NCBI GenBank assembly: GCA_963711565.1
Contig: CAVQEQ010000001.1
Coordinates: 768,001 to 832,000, forward strand
Origin: an uncultured delta proteobacterium
GTDB taxonomy: Bacteria; Desulfobacterota; Binatia; Binatales; Binataceae
DNA length: 64,000 nt
Direction of reading: 5' to 3'
Positions 1-9,741 of this stretch are shown one piece after another. A program made the position numbers and the translations under genes. The notes below the pieces were generated by a model. It saw only the letters and a program-made list of their open reading frames with translations, was not told the DNA's origin and ran no database searches. Each line of letters opens with the position of its first letter. The stretch's first letter is position 1.

Positions 1-182
1 GTGGTGCGCGCGGCCGTCAGAGCGGCCGTGCCGACGGATTCCGGCGCCGCCGCGCCGGGGATCGGGCCGAGCAGCTTGCTCGTGATGCGATCGAGGGTCG
101 CGTCGTCGATGCCCGGCGGCGCGCCAGTCGCGGTTACGCCCGGCAGGACACTAACCGGCGCCGGGACTTCACTCGTCGTCAT
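1..182 (-). CDS. N-terminus of gene directly downstream of the encapsulin (runs off the window); probable encapsulin cargo, most likely a cysteine desulfurase with a disordered cargo-loading domain
   Basis: ATG at 182 overlaps the encapsulin 3' end by 14 nt. Manual translation MTTSEVPAPVSVLPGVTATGAPPGIDDATLDRITSKLLGPIPGAAAPESVGTAALTAART is Pro/Ala/Gly-rich with one amphipathic helix. The catalytic domain is not visible. Confidence 0.6.
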   Translation of the reverse strand, partial: MTTSEVPAPVSVLPGVTATGAPPGIDDATLDRITSKLLGPIPGAAAPESVGTAALTAART

Positions 183-1629
183 GATAGTTGCCTACTTCGA
201 CGTTCTCGAGAATTCCGAGCGCGTCCTCGGTCAGCACCGCGGCCGAGAAATACAAAGTTACGAGATACGACGCGGTCGAATAGTTATCGATGCCCATGAA
301 GCGCACCGACAGACCGGGCATCTGCTCGCCGGGAAGACCCGTCTGATGCAAGCCGACGACGCCCTGCTTCTGCTCGCCGACGCGCATCAGCAGAATGCTC
401 GTCAGGCCGGCGGAACCTTCGGTGTCGCGATTGGACACGTGCGGCACTCGCGAACCGTTGGATCGATTGATCGGCAACTTGTTCGACGGAACGAGCGGGA
501 TGCCGCGCCAGGTAATGAACGGCGAGCCGAACATCTGCACAGTCGGAGGCGGAACGCCGCGGCGCGTGCATTCGCGGCCGAAAGCGGCGATCGCGCGCGG
601 ATGAGCAAGGAAGAACGCGGGCTCCTTCCAGACGTGCGCCAGCAAATCGTCGAGATCGTCAGGAGTCGGCGGGCCGGAGCGGGTGCGGATGCGCATCGAA
701 GGCGCGGCGGCGAAGAGCAGGCCGTGCTCGGGGTCGTTGAGAATTTCGGCTTCCTCGCGCTCTTTGATCCCCTGGATCGTCAGGCGGAGCTGCTCGCGCA
801 GCTGATCGTAGTTGTTGTTGTAGAGGTCGGTGATGCGGGTATGCAGGCGGATGACGGTCTGGATGGTCTGGAGCTGATACTGGCGCGGGACTTCGTCGTA
901 GTCGACGAAGGTGCGCTGCAACTCGGGCTCCTCGCCGACGTTGTATGAGGCAATATCGATTCCCGCTTCGCCGGATTCGTTCTGCTTGGCGGGGGACTCT
1001 TCGCGCTGGCGGACCAACGCATCGAAGTTGGCGCGCAGCTCCGGCGATGAATCGAGCAAGGCGCGGAAGCGCGTGCGGTCCAGCGTCAGGAACACGCTCG
1101 GGGTCAGGGTCTGCGCGGTGGTAGTATGGCGCCACTCATTGAGCAACGCGGTTTCGCCGAAGAAGTCGCCGTCGCCATAGAGCGCGAGACGCAGCTTTTC
1201 GCCGTGCGCGTCGGTGGTCGCAATTTCGACCTTGCCTTTGACGATGATGTAGAACTTCTCGCCCGCATCGCCCTCCTTGTAGAGATCCTCGCCTGCGCCG
1301 CGGCGTTCTTCGACCAGCAATCCCGAGATAGCGCCGAGCAATGGTTCGTTGGCGGTGCGCAGCAGGGACAAGCCGCGCAACGCGTTGGCGTCGAGCGCGG
1401 CTTTGTCATCGACGAGAGTAGTTGCGATTCGATCGCTCTGGCGCAGAACGATTCGGCGCCGGTTCACCTGGTAAACTCCGCCCTGGATGTTCAACCACGG
1501 CAACAGGTGGAGCAGCCAGCGCGGCGTCTCCGCCAGCATCTGGGGGACGGTGAGAGTCGGGTTGGATAGCGTGCGAGCGGCCGGGACGCTGAGTGTATGT
1601 GGAGCTAACGGGCGTTGCGGATCTGGCAT
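169..1629 (-). CDS. Family 2 encapsulin shell protein (SrpI-like) with inserted cyclic-nucleotide-binding domain (2B architecture)
   Basis: TPRWLLHLLPW..GVYQVN, TFVDYDEVPRQY, EQLRLTI, GPPTPDDLDDLL, WRGIPLVP, QGVVGLHQ, GLSVRFMGI; cNMP domain EGDAGEKFYIIVKGKV...GDFFGETALL. Confidence 0.95.
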   Translation of the reverse strand: MPDPQRPLAPHTLSVPAARTLSNPTLTVPQMLAETPRWLLHLLPWLNIQGGVYQVNRRRIVLRQSDRIATTLVDDKAALDANALRGLSLLRTANEPLLGAISGLLVEERRGAGEDLYKEGDAGEKFYIIVKGKVEIATTDAHGEKLRLALYGDGDFFGETALLNEWRHTTTAQTLTPSVFLTLDRTRFRALLDSSPELRANFDALVRQREESPAKQNESGEAGIDIASYNVGEEPELQRTFVDYDEVPRQYQLQTIQTVIRLHTRITDLYNNNYDQLREQLRLTIQGIKEREEAEILNDPEHGLLFAAAPSMRIRTRSGPPTPDDLDDLLAHVWKEPAFFLAHPRAIAAFGRECTRRGVPPPTVQMFGSPFITWRGIPLVPSNKLPINRSNGSRVPHVSNRDTEGSAGLTSILLMRVGEQKQGVVGLHQTGLPGEQMPGLSVRFMGIDNYSTASYLVTLYFSAAVLTEDALGILENVEVGNYHDDE

Positions 1630-2064
1630 TGGACTTCCTTTTGTGATCTGGAAATTGAGAGCTATTGGTTGGTTCGCTGTCGCGAAGCGTTGACGAGGAC
1701 TTCAAACATCGGGTGAGAGCGAAGTTACTCTTAATTCAACACTATGTCTAAATTACCAAGTGTGTATTAGTCAGTTGCGCGCGAATGAATACTCACTAGT
1801 TCCAATAGTTAGTAGTCTAATGAGTCTCGAAGTGGACCTTTAGCCGAGCAAGTTAATAGGCGAAAGTATATTTGCGGACCTGCGGTGGCCCGAAGTTTCC
1901 CTTGATTAATGGCATCCTAACTGGCTATTCACCCACACAGTCCAGTCAACCGATGGTTTACTCCGGCGCCCGATCGAGCGAATTGACCAGTCCGGGCGTA
2001 GTGGAAATGACGATTTACAGCATTAGCCCGGAGCATGCGCGCGCGCGAAAATAATTCTTTTGTT

Positions 2065-3003
2065 TCAGATGCCGCCACCGTCATCGAACGCTTCGCCGCG
2101 CGCCAGCGCCTGAGTAACGCTGCTGTTGGGCGGGACATCGCGCGTGAGCCATACGTTTCCACCGATGGTCGAATTGTGCCCGATGGTGACGCGGCCCAGG
2201 ATGGTCGCGCCGGCGTAGATGATGACATCATCTTCGATGATCGGATGACGCGCGTTGCCTTTGACCAGCGCGCCGTTCTCGCCAACCGGAAACCGCTTGG
2301 CGCCCAACGTCACCGCTTGATACAGCCGCACGCGCTTGCCGACCTTCGCCGTCTCACCAATCACGACGCCGGTGCCGTGATCGATGAAGAAGCTCCCGTC
2401 GATGTCGGCGCCGGGATGAATGTCGATGCCGGTGGCCGAATGCGCGAGCTCCGCGATGATGCGCGCGAGCAGCGGGAGATCGAGAAGGTAAAGCTCGTGC
2501 GCGAGCCGATGATGCGTAATGCCGGTGATGCCGGGGTAGCAGAAGCGAACCTCCTCGATGCTGCGGGCGGCGGGGTCGCCCTGATAGGCGGCGAGAATGT
2601 CGGTCTCGAGCAGCGCGCGCACGTGGGGCAATCGCTCGGCGAATCGGTGTGTAATCTCAAAGGCGCGGCGCGCGCGCTCGGATTCGCCGTCGGGCGACGC
2701 GAACTGCAGCTCGCGCTCAATCTGCTGAAGAAGAATCCGCAGCGTCGCGTCGAGCTTGTGGCCGACGAAGTAATCGACTCCCTCTTCGGTGAAATCCGCC
2801 AGGCCAAAATGGGTCGGAAAGAGCGCCGCAAAGAGCCCATCGATGATTTCGCGCAGCGCTTCGCGCGACGGCATCTCGATGATCGCGCCGTCGCGCCTGC
2901 GCTCTTGCGATTTTCCCCGTGACGCGCGCAGCTCGGCGACGATCCTGCCCAAGTCCCATCGCGCGCTGGGAGAAGAGTCGCGTCCGTTTTTGCCGACGCT
3001 CAT
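2065..3003 (-). CDS. cysE: Serine O-acetyltransferase (EpsC/SrpH-type long form)
   Basis: [41 protein letters not shown] hexapeptide region; ATGA-type overlap with cysK. Confidence 0.93.
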   Translation of the reverse strand: MSVGKNGRDSSPSARWDLGRIVAELRASRGKSQERRRDGAIIEMPSREALREIIDGLFAALFPTHFGLADFTEEGVDYFVGHKLDATLRILLQQIERELQFASPDGESERARRAFEITHRFAERLPHVRALLETDILAAYQGDPAARSIEEVRFCYPGITGITHHRLAHELYLLDLPLLARIIAELAHSATGIDIHPGADIDGSFFIDHGTGVVIGETAKVGKRVRLYQAVTLGAKRFPVGENGALVKGNARHPIIEDDVIIYAGATILGRVTIGHNSTIGGNVWLTRDVPPNSSVTQALARGEAFDDGGGI

Positions 3004-3977
3004 GCGGCGATGCCCTTGGCTTGAGCGACGCTGTCGAATAGCGCAGTACTTAAGTATCGCTCACCCGAATCGGGCAACACGACGACGATGGTCTTGCCCT
3101 TGTTCTCCGGACGCTTCGCGATGCGCACGGCCACGACGACCGCTGCTCCCGACGAAATGCCCGACAGGATTCCTTCTTCGCGCGTCAGCCGGCGCGCGTA
3201 TTCGATCGCATCTTCGTTGGTCACCTGCTCGACTACATCGACAATCGAGAGGTCGAGGTTTTCGGGTACGAAGCCGGCGCCGATGCCCTGGATTTTGTGC
3301 GCGCCCGGCTTCAGCGGCTGACCGCTGCGTTTTTGTGTGATGACGGGACTGGCGGTCGGCTCGACGGCGACCGAGACGATTGCTTTGCCTTTCGTCTTCT
3401 TGATGTAGCGCGAGACGCCGGTGATGGTGCCGCCGGTGCCGACTCCCGATACGAAAATATCGATCGCGCCCTCCGTGTCGTTCCAGATTTCAGGGCCGGT
3501 GGTCGCTTCGTGAATCGCGGGATTGGCGGGATTGCTGAATTGCTGCAGCAGGACGTAGCGATCGGGCGCCGACGCTTTGATTTCCTCGGCCTTCGCGATC
3601 GCGCCGCTCATCCCGCGCGCGCCCTCGGTCAATTCCAGCTTCGCGCCGTAGGCGATCAGCAGCTTGCGGCGCTCGAGGCTCATCGTATCGGGCATCGTCA
3701 AGGTCAGCGGAATGTTGCGCGCGGCGGCGACGAAGGCGAGCGCGATACCGGTGTTGCCGCTGGTCGGCTCGACCAGCTCCTTGCTGGGGCCTAGCAGGCC
3801 GCGCTTCTCGGCGTCCCAGACCATCGCGGCGCCGATACGGTCCTTGACGGAATACGCGGGGCTGCGTCCTTCAATCTTGCCGAGAACTATCGCCGGCGCG
3901 CCGTCGGTGACGCGGTTGAGCCGCACCAGCGGCGTGTGTCCGATCGAGCGTGAATTGTCTTCGTACCAATGTGGCAT
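3000..3977 (-). CDS. cysK: Cysteine synthase A (O-acetylserine sulfhydrylase)
   Basis: [16 protein letters not shown] (PLP Lys), [35 protein letters not shown]. Confidence 0.97.
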   Translation of the reverse strand: MPHWYEDNSRSIGHTPLVRLNRVTDGAPAIVLGKIEGRSPAYSVKDRIGAAMVWDAEKRGLLGPSKELVEPTSGNTGIALAFVAAARNIPLTLTMPDTMSLERRKLLIAYGAKLELTEGARGMSGAIAKAEEIKASAPDRYVLLQQFSNPANPAIHEATTGPEIWNDTEGAIDIFVSGVGTGGTITGVSRYIKKTKGKAIVSVAVEPTASPVITQKRSGQPLKPGAHKIQGIGAGFVPENLDLSIVDVVEQVTNEDAIEYARRLTREEGILSGISSGAAVVVAVRIAKRPENKGKTIVVVLPDSGERYLSTALFDSVAQAKGIAA

Positions 3978-4026
3978 CGATTATCTCCGCTTCTGAAAAT
4001 CGTCGTGACGTTCTGCTAGCGCGCGA

Positions 4027-4896
4027 TCAGGCGCTCTTCTCCGCCGGCCAGAAGACGAGAGCGCGAACCTCGATGCTCTCGCGCGGCGCGGCGTCGTGCG
4101 CGCTGGTTGGATCCTCGAACGCCGAGTGAGCGGTGAAGCGCGCGCGGCCGTCCTCTTTCGAGTCGTAGCACTTGAGCAGAATCACTTCGTTTTTTTCGAG
4201 GCGCGGAAAATAGAACCAGCGATGGTTGGGATTGTAGGTGAAGCGATAGGTCTCGCCGACCTTGTCGCGGTAAACCAGATCGGACGCAACGAAGTCCTCG
4301 GGATCGATCGAGCTCGAATCGCAGACCGCGAGTGGCGTGGATTCAATCGGTCCGCGAATCGGGCGCCATACGTTGATTTCGGCAAAGCGATTCTGCAAGC
4401 GCGCTTCGGCCTCGGCAGGAGGCAGATGATCGCGGACCCGGCGCGGTCCGGACTTGGCGGTGTAGTCATTGTGAACCGCGCGGCCATATTCGCGCGCGTT
4501 CTTTTCGCCGCGCTTCGCCAGCTCGGCATTGCGCACCTGATGGTCGAAGACTACGACCTTCTCAGCGCCCGTGGCTTCCTTCAGGAGGCGCTCGACCTCG
4601 GGATAGTAGGTAGTCTTCACTTCGTTTTGATCGTAGAAGTCGCGCACTGCGGTCTCTTGATGCGTCAACTGGAAGCCCTGCTTGTCGAGCGACAAGTCGC
4701 GGACAACCTCGCGCGCGTTTCGAATCGGCACGTTGTGCGCGACGAATTTTCCAGTCGATCGCGGCGTTCCGGCTGGCGGCTCGTAGGCGTAGTAAACGGG
4801 CTTCTCGCTGTTGGGTTCGATGTAGTTGAGCGATGCTTCGATTGGAATTCCGGCGCGATTGCCTGCGGCTTCGTGTGATTCAGAGATTCTGTCCAT
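4027..4896 (-). CDS. CmcJ/NvfI (AsaB-like) family non-heme iron oxidoreductase
   Basis: LDKQGFQL, YYPEVERLLKEATGA, VHNDYT (HxD), INVWRPI, PLAVCD, HSAF, RESIEVR; RBS AGGAGG. Confidence 0.85.
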   Translation of the reverse strand: MDRISESHEAAGNRAGIPIEASLNYIEPNSEKPVYYAYEPPAGTPRSTGKFVAHNVPIRNAREVVRDLSLDKQGFQLTHQETAVRDFYDQNEVKTTYYPEVERLLKEATGAEKVVVFDHQVRNAELAKRGEKNAREYGRAVHNDYTAKSGPRRVRDHLPPAEAEARLQNRFAEINVWRPIRGPIESTPLAVCDSSSIDPEDFVASDLVYRDKVGETYRFTYNPNHRWFYFPRLEKNEVILLKCYDSKEDGRARFTAHSAFEDPTSAHDAAPRESIEVRALVFWPAEKSA

Positions 4897-4935
4897 TGTG
4901 CGTGAGCCTCCTTATAAATGCTCAGGGCGACATTT

Positions 4936-4956
4936 AGCCAAGTAATTTGATAGACT
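4936..4956. promoter_or_regulatory. Putative Rrf2 operator AGCCAA-N9-TAGACT
   Basis: Imperfect palindrome between the divergent CmcJ-family and rrf2 genes; its reverse complement matches the site at 6532-6552 at 18 of 21 positions. Confidence 0.55.
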
Positions 4957-5079
4957 TACATGGTTTTACGATTTCGAGTCAAGACTATTTGCTGAAAAGT
5001 GCATCACTGGACTTATATTATCTGCTAGATTGGAATACCTGATGATTGGAGCGAACGACCCAGGAGCGCAACAAGCCAA

Positions 5080-5538
5080 GTGATTTCCCAGAAATCGAAG
5101 TACGCGCTCAAGGCGCTGATCGTGCTCGCCGAAGAGTATGGCAAAGGTCCGACTCTGATCGCGGATATTGCAGCGCGCGAACACATTCCGCGCAGCTTCC
5201 TGGAACTGATTCTGCTGGAGCTGAAGAATCACCGCTTTCTGGACAGCCGCAAGGGACGCGGCGGCGGTTACTTCCTCGCGCGGCCGCCCGCAATGATCTC
5301 GGCGGGACAGGTGTTGCGCGCGATCGAGGGGCCGCTTGCTCCGCTGCCATGCGCGAGCAAGACCGCCTATCGGAAGTGTGAGGAATGCCACGACGAACGC
5401 ACTTGCGCGGTGCGGCTGATGATGTGCGATGTGCGCGAGGCGACGGCGCGCATCCTGGACTCGACGACGCTGGCGGACCTGCTCAAGCGCTCGCAGTTGG
5501 CAATGCACGGACGCGAAGTGCTCGATTTTTCCATCTAG
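5080..5538 (+). CDS. Rrf2 family transcriptional regulator (CymR/IscR-like)
   Basis: YALKAL, IAAREHIPRSFLELILLELK, SRKGRGGGYFLARP, IEGPLAPLPC...CEEC..C. Confidence 0.93.
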   Translation: MISQKSKYALKALIVLAEEYGKGPTLIADIAAREHIPRSFLELILLELKNHRFLDSRKGRGGGYFLARPPAMISAGQVLRAIEGPLAPLPCASKTAYRKCEECHDERTCAVRLMMCDVREATARILDSTTLADLLKRSQLAMHGREVLDFSI

Positions 5539-5990
5539 GCATCCCACGAGGAACGTCTCTTCGCGTAGCGAATACTGCGAACGCGCTGGCGCCGTCCGAC
5601 AGAGCGCAACTGCTTCGTCGGCAGCACGTCGGCGCGCAGTGTGCGCATTTGGCGGCGAAGCGGAGCGGGGTTGATTTCGAGCACTTCGCAAACGTACTCG
5701 AAGGAAAAAGGAACGGCTCCCGTTCTTGCTTCGAACCATCGCGCGACTTCGGCGAATTCGATGCGATCTGCTCGCCGCCGCGAATCGCGCAATCGCAGAT
5801 AGGTGCGGACGGCGTCCTCGAGCACGGCAAAAACGAGCCGCCTCTCACCGTCGAGAAACGCACTGCGCCGAATCAGGTCGTAGAACTGCACGGGCACGAC
5901 GGTGCCCAGCTCATATTCGGGGCCGGGAGAGGAGTGGCGGCGGTCGAAGTGTGCGGGGTTCTGGCTGCGGGCTTCAAGGCTTGAGGTCAT
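5535..5990 (-). CDS. Conserved hypothetical protein
   Basis: GERRLVFAVLEDAVRTY...WF...PFSFEYVCEVLEINP motif, natural composition. Confidence 0.65.
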   Translation of the reverse strand: MTSSLEARSQNPAHFDRRHSSPGPEYELGTVVPVQFYDLIRRSAFLDGERRLVFAVLEDAVRTYLRLRDSRRRADRIEFAEVARWFEARTGAVPFSFEYVCEVLEINPAPLRRQMRTLRADVLPTKQLRSVGRRQRVRSIRYAKRRSSWDA

Positions 5991-5993
5991 CGT

Positions 5994-6347
5994 TCAGTCC
6001 TTTAAGTGAATCGCTTCCTGGTTCGAAGCGGCCGGCGTTGCAATTTTTCGGTCGAGGTAAAACCTGGTCGCCGACGGGTAACAGCCGAAATGAAAAACTT
6101 TCTCGCCAGTTGACGCTTCAGAGACAGTGCCGCCGCGTGTGAGTTGTTCGCCTGCGGGCTTCAAGGGTTGCCGTTCGTCGCTATCCGGGGAGATTTCCAG
6201 CTTGTGATCGTAGAGCTCAGAGCGCGCCGGCTCGAAACTCGCGGCGATTCGCGCCAGCTCCGTGAGCCCATCAGATGAGGATGACTCCGGCTCCGCTTGT
6301 ACGAACCATGCAATGAAGCGACGACGACGTTTGCCTTTGTGATACAT
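5994..6347 (-). CDS. Hypothetical protein
   Basis: RBS AGGAG upstream of ATG, stop 3 nt before the next gene; no family recognised. Confidence 0.35.
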   Translation of the reverse strand: MYHKGKRRRRFIAWFVQAEPESSSSDGLTELARIAASFEPARSELYDHKLEISPDSDERQPLKPAGEQLTRGGTVSEASTGEKVFHFGCYPSATRFYLDRKIATPAASNQEAIHLKD

Positions 6348-6399
6348 AGGTCACTCTCCTGCCAGTGCTGTTGAATCTGTGGAATAAGAGATTTCGTGA

Positions 6400-6522
6400 C
6401 GAATTGGTCGCGCGCCGCGCGCGCCCAATCAGTTGAATCGCGGCGACCAAGCCGCTCGCACCCCCACCGATGATCGCAATGGTGGCGGCCCGAGTTAAAG
6501 GACGAAGGGGGAGTTCGTTCAT
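6400..6522 (-). pseudogene. N-terminal remnant of an FAD/NAD(P)-binding protein
   Basis: MNELPLRPLTRAATIAIIGGGASGLVAAIQL (Rossmann GxGxxG), after which similarity is lost. Confidence 0.6.
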
Positions 6523-6531
6523 ATCCAATTT

Positions 6532-6552
6532 AGTCAATCGAATTACTTGACT
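6532..6552. promoter_or_regulatory. Putative Rrf2 operator AGTCAA-N9-TTGACT
   Basis: Perfect 6-bp inverted repeat directly upstream of the FAD-binding remnant; matches 4936-4956. Confidence 0.55.
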
Positions 6553-6728
6553 GATTGACAATATCCAAAAGATACAATGTGAAGCAATAGAGTGAGCTGG
6601 ATCGTCCAAGATTGCACCGAATGCCCAGCACGTTCTCTGTGAGGTCTTCCGGGGTTGGACCTGAGCGCAGCGGATGAGCCAGAATCGGAGCGCGATCGAA
6701 ACCACTCAACCGTAAAAAGGCAAGCGCA

Positions 6729-7523
6729 ATGACAGACATCGTGAAAATCGCGGATGCGGGCCATGTCAGAACCATCACGCTCAATCGCCCGGAAAAAAAG
6801 AATGCGCTGAGCAATGCCCTCGCATGGGGTGTGATCGGTGCGATTGAGGATGCGGCGCGGACCGACGAAGTCTGGGTGATCGCGATTACCGGCAGCGGCG
6901 ACGCGTTTTGCTCCGGGTTGGATTTGTCCGGTGGCGATCGCTCTTCGCCGCTGTCGGCACAATCGGCTCAGCTCGATGACATTTCCTGGGTCGGCCATTT
7001 CCTCCTGGCGATCCGCAAACGGTGCGACAAACCTGTCGTCGGCGGCATCAACGGAGTAGCCGTAGGGGCCGGACTCGGTCTCGCCATGGCGACCGACGTA
7101 CGGCTGGTCAGCCGCGGCGCGAGGCTGATGGCCGGCTATACGAGAATCGGCGGTTCACCTGACGCCGGCCTTACGATCACCCTGCCGCAAGCCATGGGCT
7201 ACGAGCAGGCGATGCGTTTCATGATGGAGAACCGGACAGTGCTGGGCGAAGAGGCGGTCGCGCTAGGCATGGCCGGAGAAGTGGTTGATGACGCGCAATT
7301 CGCCGACCGCTTGGCGCGCTACTGCGCGGAACTCTGCCACTGGTCGCCCATCACGCTTCGGCTTCTCAAGCGCGGCATGGTGAAGTCGCTGGAGACGAGC
7401 GACATGGAACAGCAGCTCCGCTACGAGTTGTCCAATATTCGCATCGCCTTCAGCAGCGAGGACGCAAAGGAAGCGCGCAAGGCCTTCTTCGAGAAACGCC
7501 AGCCCGTCTTCAAGGGAAGATAG
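6729..7523 (+). CDS. Enoyl-CoA hydratase/isomerase family protein
   Basis: ITLNRPEKKNAL, AFCSGLDL, KPVVGGINGVAVGAG, PDAG, AFFEKRQPVFKGR. Confidence 0.93.
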   Translation: MTDIVKIADAGHVRTITLNRPEKKNALSNALAWGVIGAIEDAARTDEVWVIAITGSGDAFCSGLDLSGGDRSSPLSAQSAQLDDISWVGHFLLAIRKRCDKPVVGGINGVAVGAGLGLAMATDVRLVSRGARLMAGYTRIGGSPDAGLTITLPQAMGYEQAMRFMMENRTVLGEEAVALGMAGEVVDDAQFADRLARYCAELCHWSPITLRLLKRGMVKSLETSDMEQQLRYELSNIRIAFSSEDAKEARKAFFEKRQPVFKGR

Positions 7524-7635
7524 GACGACCTCGCCTCTTTTTTCTCGCCAGAAAGAACTTGGTTTGCTGAGATTTATGGAGAGTGAAGTCGCATAAGGTA
7601 GCCGCGAAGATTTTCGCGTGTTGGGAGAGTTCGCT

Positions 7636-8718
7636 ATGCCTGACAAGAATCATCAGATCGACGTCGAGAAAACGCAAAAATTCGCGCAGGAGGTCTTCAG
7701 TCACCTCGCGGGAGCACTGGTCTCGGGCATGATCCATCTTGGCGAACGCATGGGTCTCTACCGGGCGCTGAATGGTGCCGGTCCCCTCACCAGCGAAGAA
7801 CTCGCGCGCAAGACCGGTCTTAGTGAACGATGGGTTCGCGAGTGGCTATATCAGCAGGCATCCGCGAACGTAATAGACTACAGGGGTGAGTCGCGTTTTG
7901 AGCTCAGCCCCGAAGCTGCTCTGGTGCTGGCGGACGAAAACAGTCCCTTTTTTCTTGCCGGCGGTTTTTGTGCATTCCCACAGCAGATGGCGCTGTTGAA
8001 CGAACTGCCGCGGTCATTCAAAAGTGGACTCGGCCTGTCTTATGACCAGTTCGGTTCGGAAGTGAATGTCGGCGTCGAACGACTGCTCGCCCCGTGGTTT
8101 CGGACGCAGCTTGTACCCAACGCCTTGCCGAGGCTAGACGGCGTCGTCGCAAAGCTGCGTGCAGGAGCCAAAGCAGCAGACGTCGGATGCGGCGCAGGCG
8201 TTGCCATAATCGAGATGGCAAAGGCTTACCCGCGGTCGGAGTTTCACGGCTACGATATCGCTAAGTTGCCCCTCCAGCGCGGAGAAGAAAACGCGCGAAA
8301 GGCCGGAGTGAAGAACGTGCATCTGCATGACGCAGCCGTCGATCCTCTGCCGGATGATGCTAGTTGCGATTTCATCACAACCTTTGATTGCCTTCACGAC
8401 ATGACAAGGCCCGACCTCGTGATGCGGGCCATTCGCAAAGCCATCAAACCCGACGGAACGTGGCTGATCGCCGACGTTCACGGGATGCCGAGTTTCGAGG
8501 AGAACCTGAAGCAGAATCCGCTGGCGCCGCTCATGTATGGCTTCTCAGTGATTTGCTGCATGTCGTCAGCTCTTTCTGAGCCCGGCGGCCTGGGATTGGG
8601 CACGCTCGGATTTCCCGAACCGGTCGCCCGCAGGATGACGGCGGAGGCCGGGTTCAAGCGCTTCGCACCCAAAGACTTCGATAACCCGATCAACGCCTAC
8701 TACGAAGTCCGCCCATAA
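7636..8718 (+). CDS. Class I SAM-dependent methyltransferase with N-terminal HTH (Rv2258c-like)
   Basis: LGERMGLY, ERWVREWL, ADVGCGAG, FDCLHDM, GLGTLG; ATG at 7636 after GGAGAG. Confidence 0.88.
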   Translation: MPDKNHQIDVEKTQKFAQEVFSHLAGALVSGMIHLGERMGLYRALNGAGPLTSEELARKTGLSERWVREWLYQQASANVIDYRGESRFELSPEAALVLADENSPFFLAGGFCAFPQQMALLNELPRSFKSGLGLSYDQFGSEVNVGVERLLAPWFRTQLVPNALPRLDGVVAKLRAGAKAADVGCGAGVAIIEMAKAYPRSEFHGYDIAKLPLQRGEENARKAGVKNVHLHDAAVDPLPDDASCDFITTFDCLHDMTRPDLVMRAIRKAIKPDGTWLIADVHGMPSFEENLKQNPLAPLMYGFSVICCMSSALSEPGGLGLGTLGFPEPVARRMTAEAGFKRFAPKDFDNPINAYYEVRP

Positions 8719-8898
8719 CGGCCAGAGTTCCGCCGGCACCCCTGGGAAACGCCGCTGCAAAAGCGATAAATAAATTCAGCCTCGCGTTTGTCAAAGTAGA
8801 TCGTCACGACATTTCCAACACGATCTACGCGATTACTACGCGCGCACTTTCGTGCCGCTCAAAATCATCGCGAGCGGAGGTACGATTCGTCACCAAAA

Positions 8899-9639
8899 CT
8901 ACCGCTCCTTAGGGGTCACCGACAGCCTGGCTAGCTCCTCTGCGAGGATCGGTACGCCCATATTGCACGCCTGGACGCCCTGCACGACACACAACTTCAA
9001 CACCTCCATGATTTCTTCCATCGTCGCACCGAGCTTCAGCGCAGCGTTGATGTGGCGGCGCGTCCCCGGTGCATACATGTGAGTGAAAGATGCGTCGCAG
9101 GCGATGCTGAGCAGCTCGATCTCCTTGGGCGGCAGCACTCCGCTCCGGTACATGGGGATCGTGGTTGTAAAGAATTGATCGGTCCACAACGGATCAAGCT
9201 CGAAGAATGGATCCCATGCCGTATTCCACTGTCCTATCGTTCGCATTGCGTCGCAGGCTGGCGTAGCGGCAGACGTTTTTCGCGTCGGCCCTACTCCGGC
9301 GGCCTTAGCTTCCTCGAGAAGTATCGGCGCGCCCAGGCTGCACGAATGGATCGACATCAGAGAGCCCGCCTTTAGAACGAACAGAATTTCGTCGCGGGTG
9401 GCGCCGGCCTCAAGTGCTGCTCGAATGTGCCGGCGAGTGCCGTCTGGATTTAGATTGGTGCATGCCGCATTTATCGCGAGGCTGATCAACTCGGCCGTCT
9501 TGCGAGGCAGGACGGCCGAACTCCACGGATTTGTCGTCATCTTCGCGCAAGCTTTCGCCCACGCGGGATCCCACTCGCGCAGTTGCGCCAGCGCCTGATC
9601 CCACGGCCCCGTTTCCTGTGTCCGCTCATTGCTAGCCAT
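8899..9639 (-). CDS. Carboxymuconolactone decarboxylase/AhpD-like protein with two tandem domains
   Basis: Internal duplication LPRKTAELISLA...GTRRHIRAALEAGATRDEI and LPPKEIELLSIA...GTRRHINAALKLGATMEEI. Confidence 0.85.
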   Translation of the reverse strand: MASNERTQETGPWDQALAQLREWDPAWAKACAKMTTNPWSSAVLPRKTAELISLAINAACTNLNPDGTRRHIRAALEAGATRDEILFVLKAGSLMSIHSCSLGAPILLEEAKAAGVGPTRKTSAATPACDAMRTIGQWNTAWDPFFELDPLWTDQFFTTTIPMYRSGVLPPKEIELLSIACDASFTHMYAPGTRRHINAALKLGATMEEIMEVLKLCVVQGVQACNMGVPILAEELARLSVTPKER

Positions 9640-9741
9640 TGCGGCCTCCTGTCAGACGCCGATCAGCTGACGTTCCGCGCCTGCGACTGATGATTTCCCG
9701 CGTATCTTCCCGTCAGTCCCGTGCACCAGGAACTCTCAACG

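Noticed and set aside
1-948. 315-aa plus-strand ORF and other long antisense ORFs (e.g. 2035-2922, 39844-41241, 54854-56317)
   Set aside because: Shadow frames of well-supported genes in GC-rich DNA; no motifs.
169-1629. Prophage major capsid
   Set aside because: An HK97-fold shell, but with a cNMP insertion, cysteine-metabolism neighbours and no phage genes: an encapsulin.
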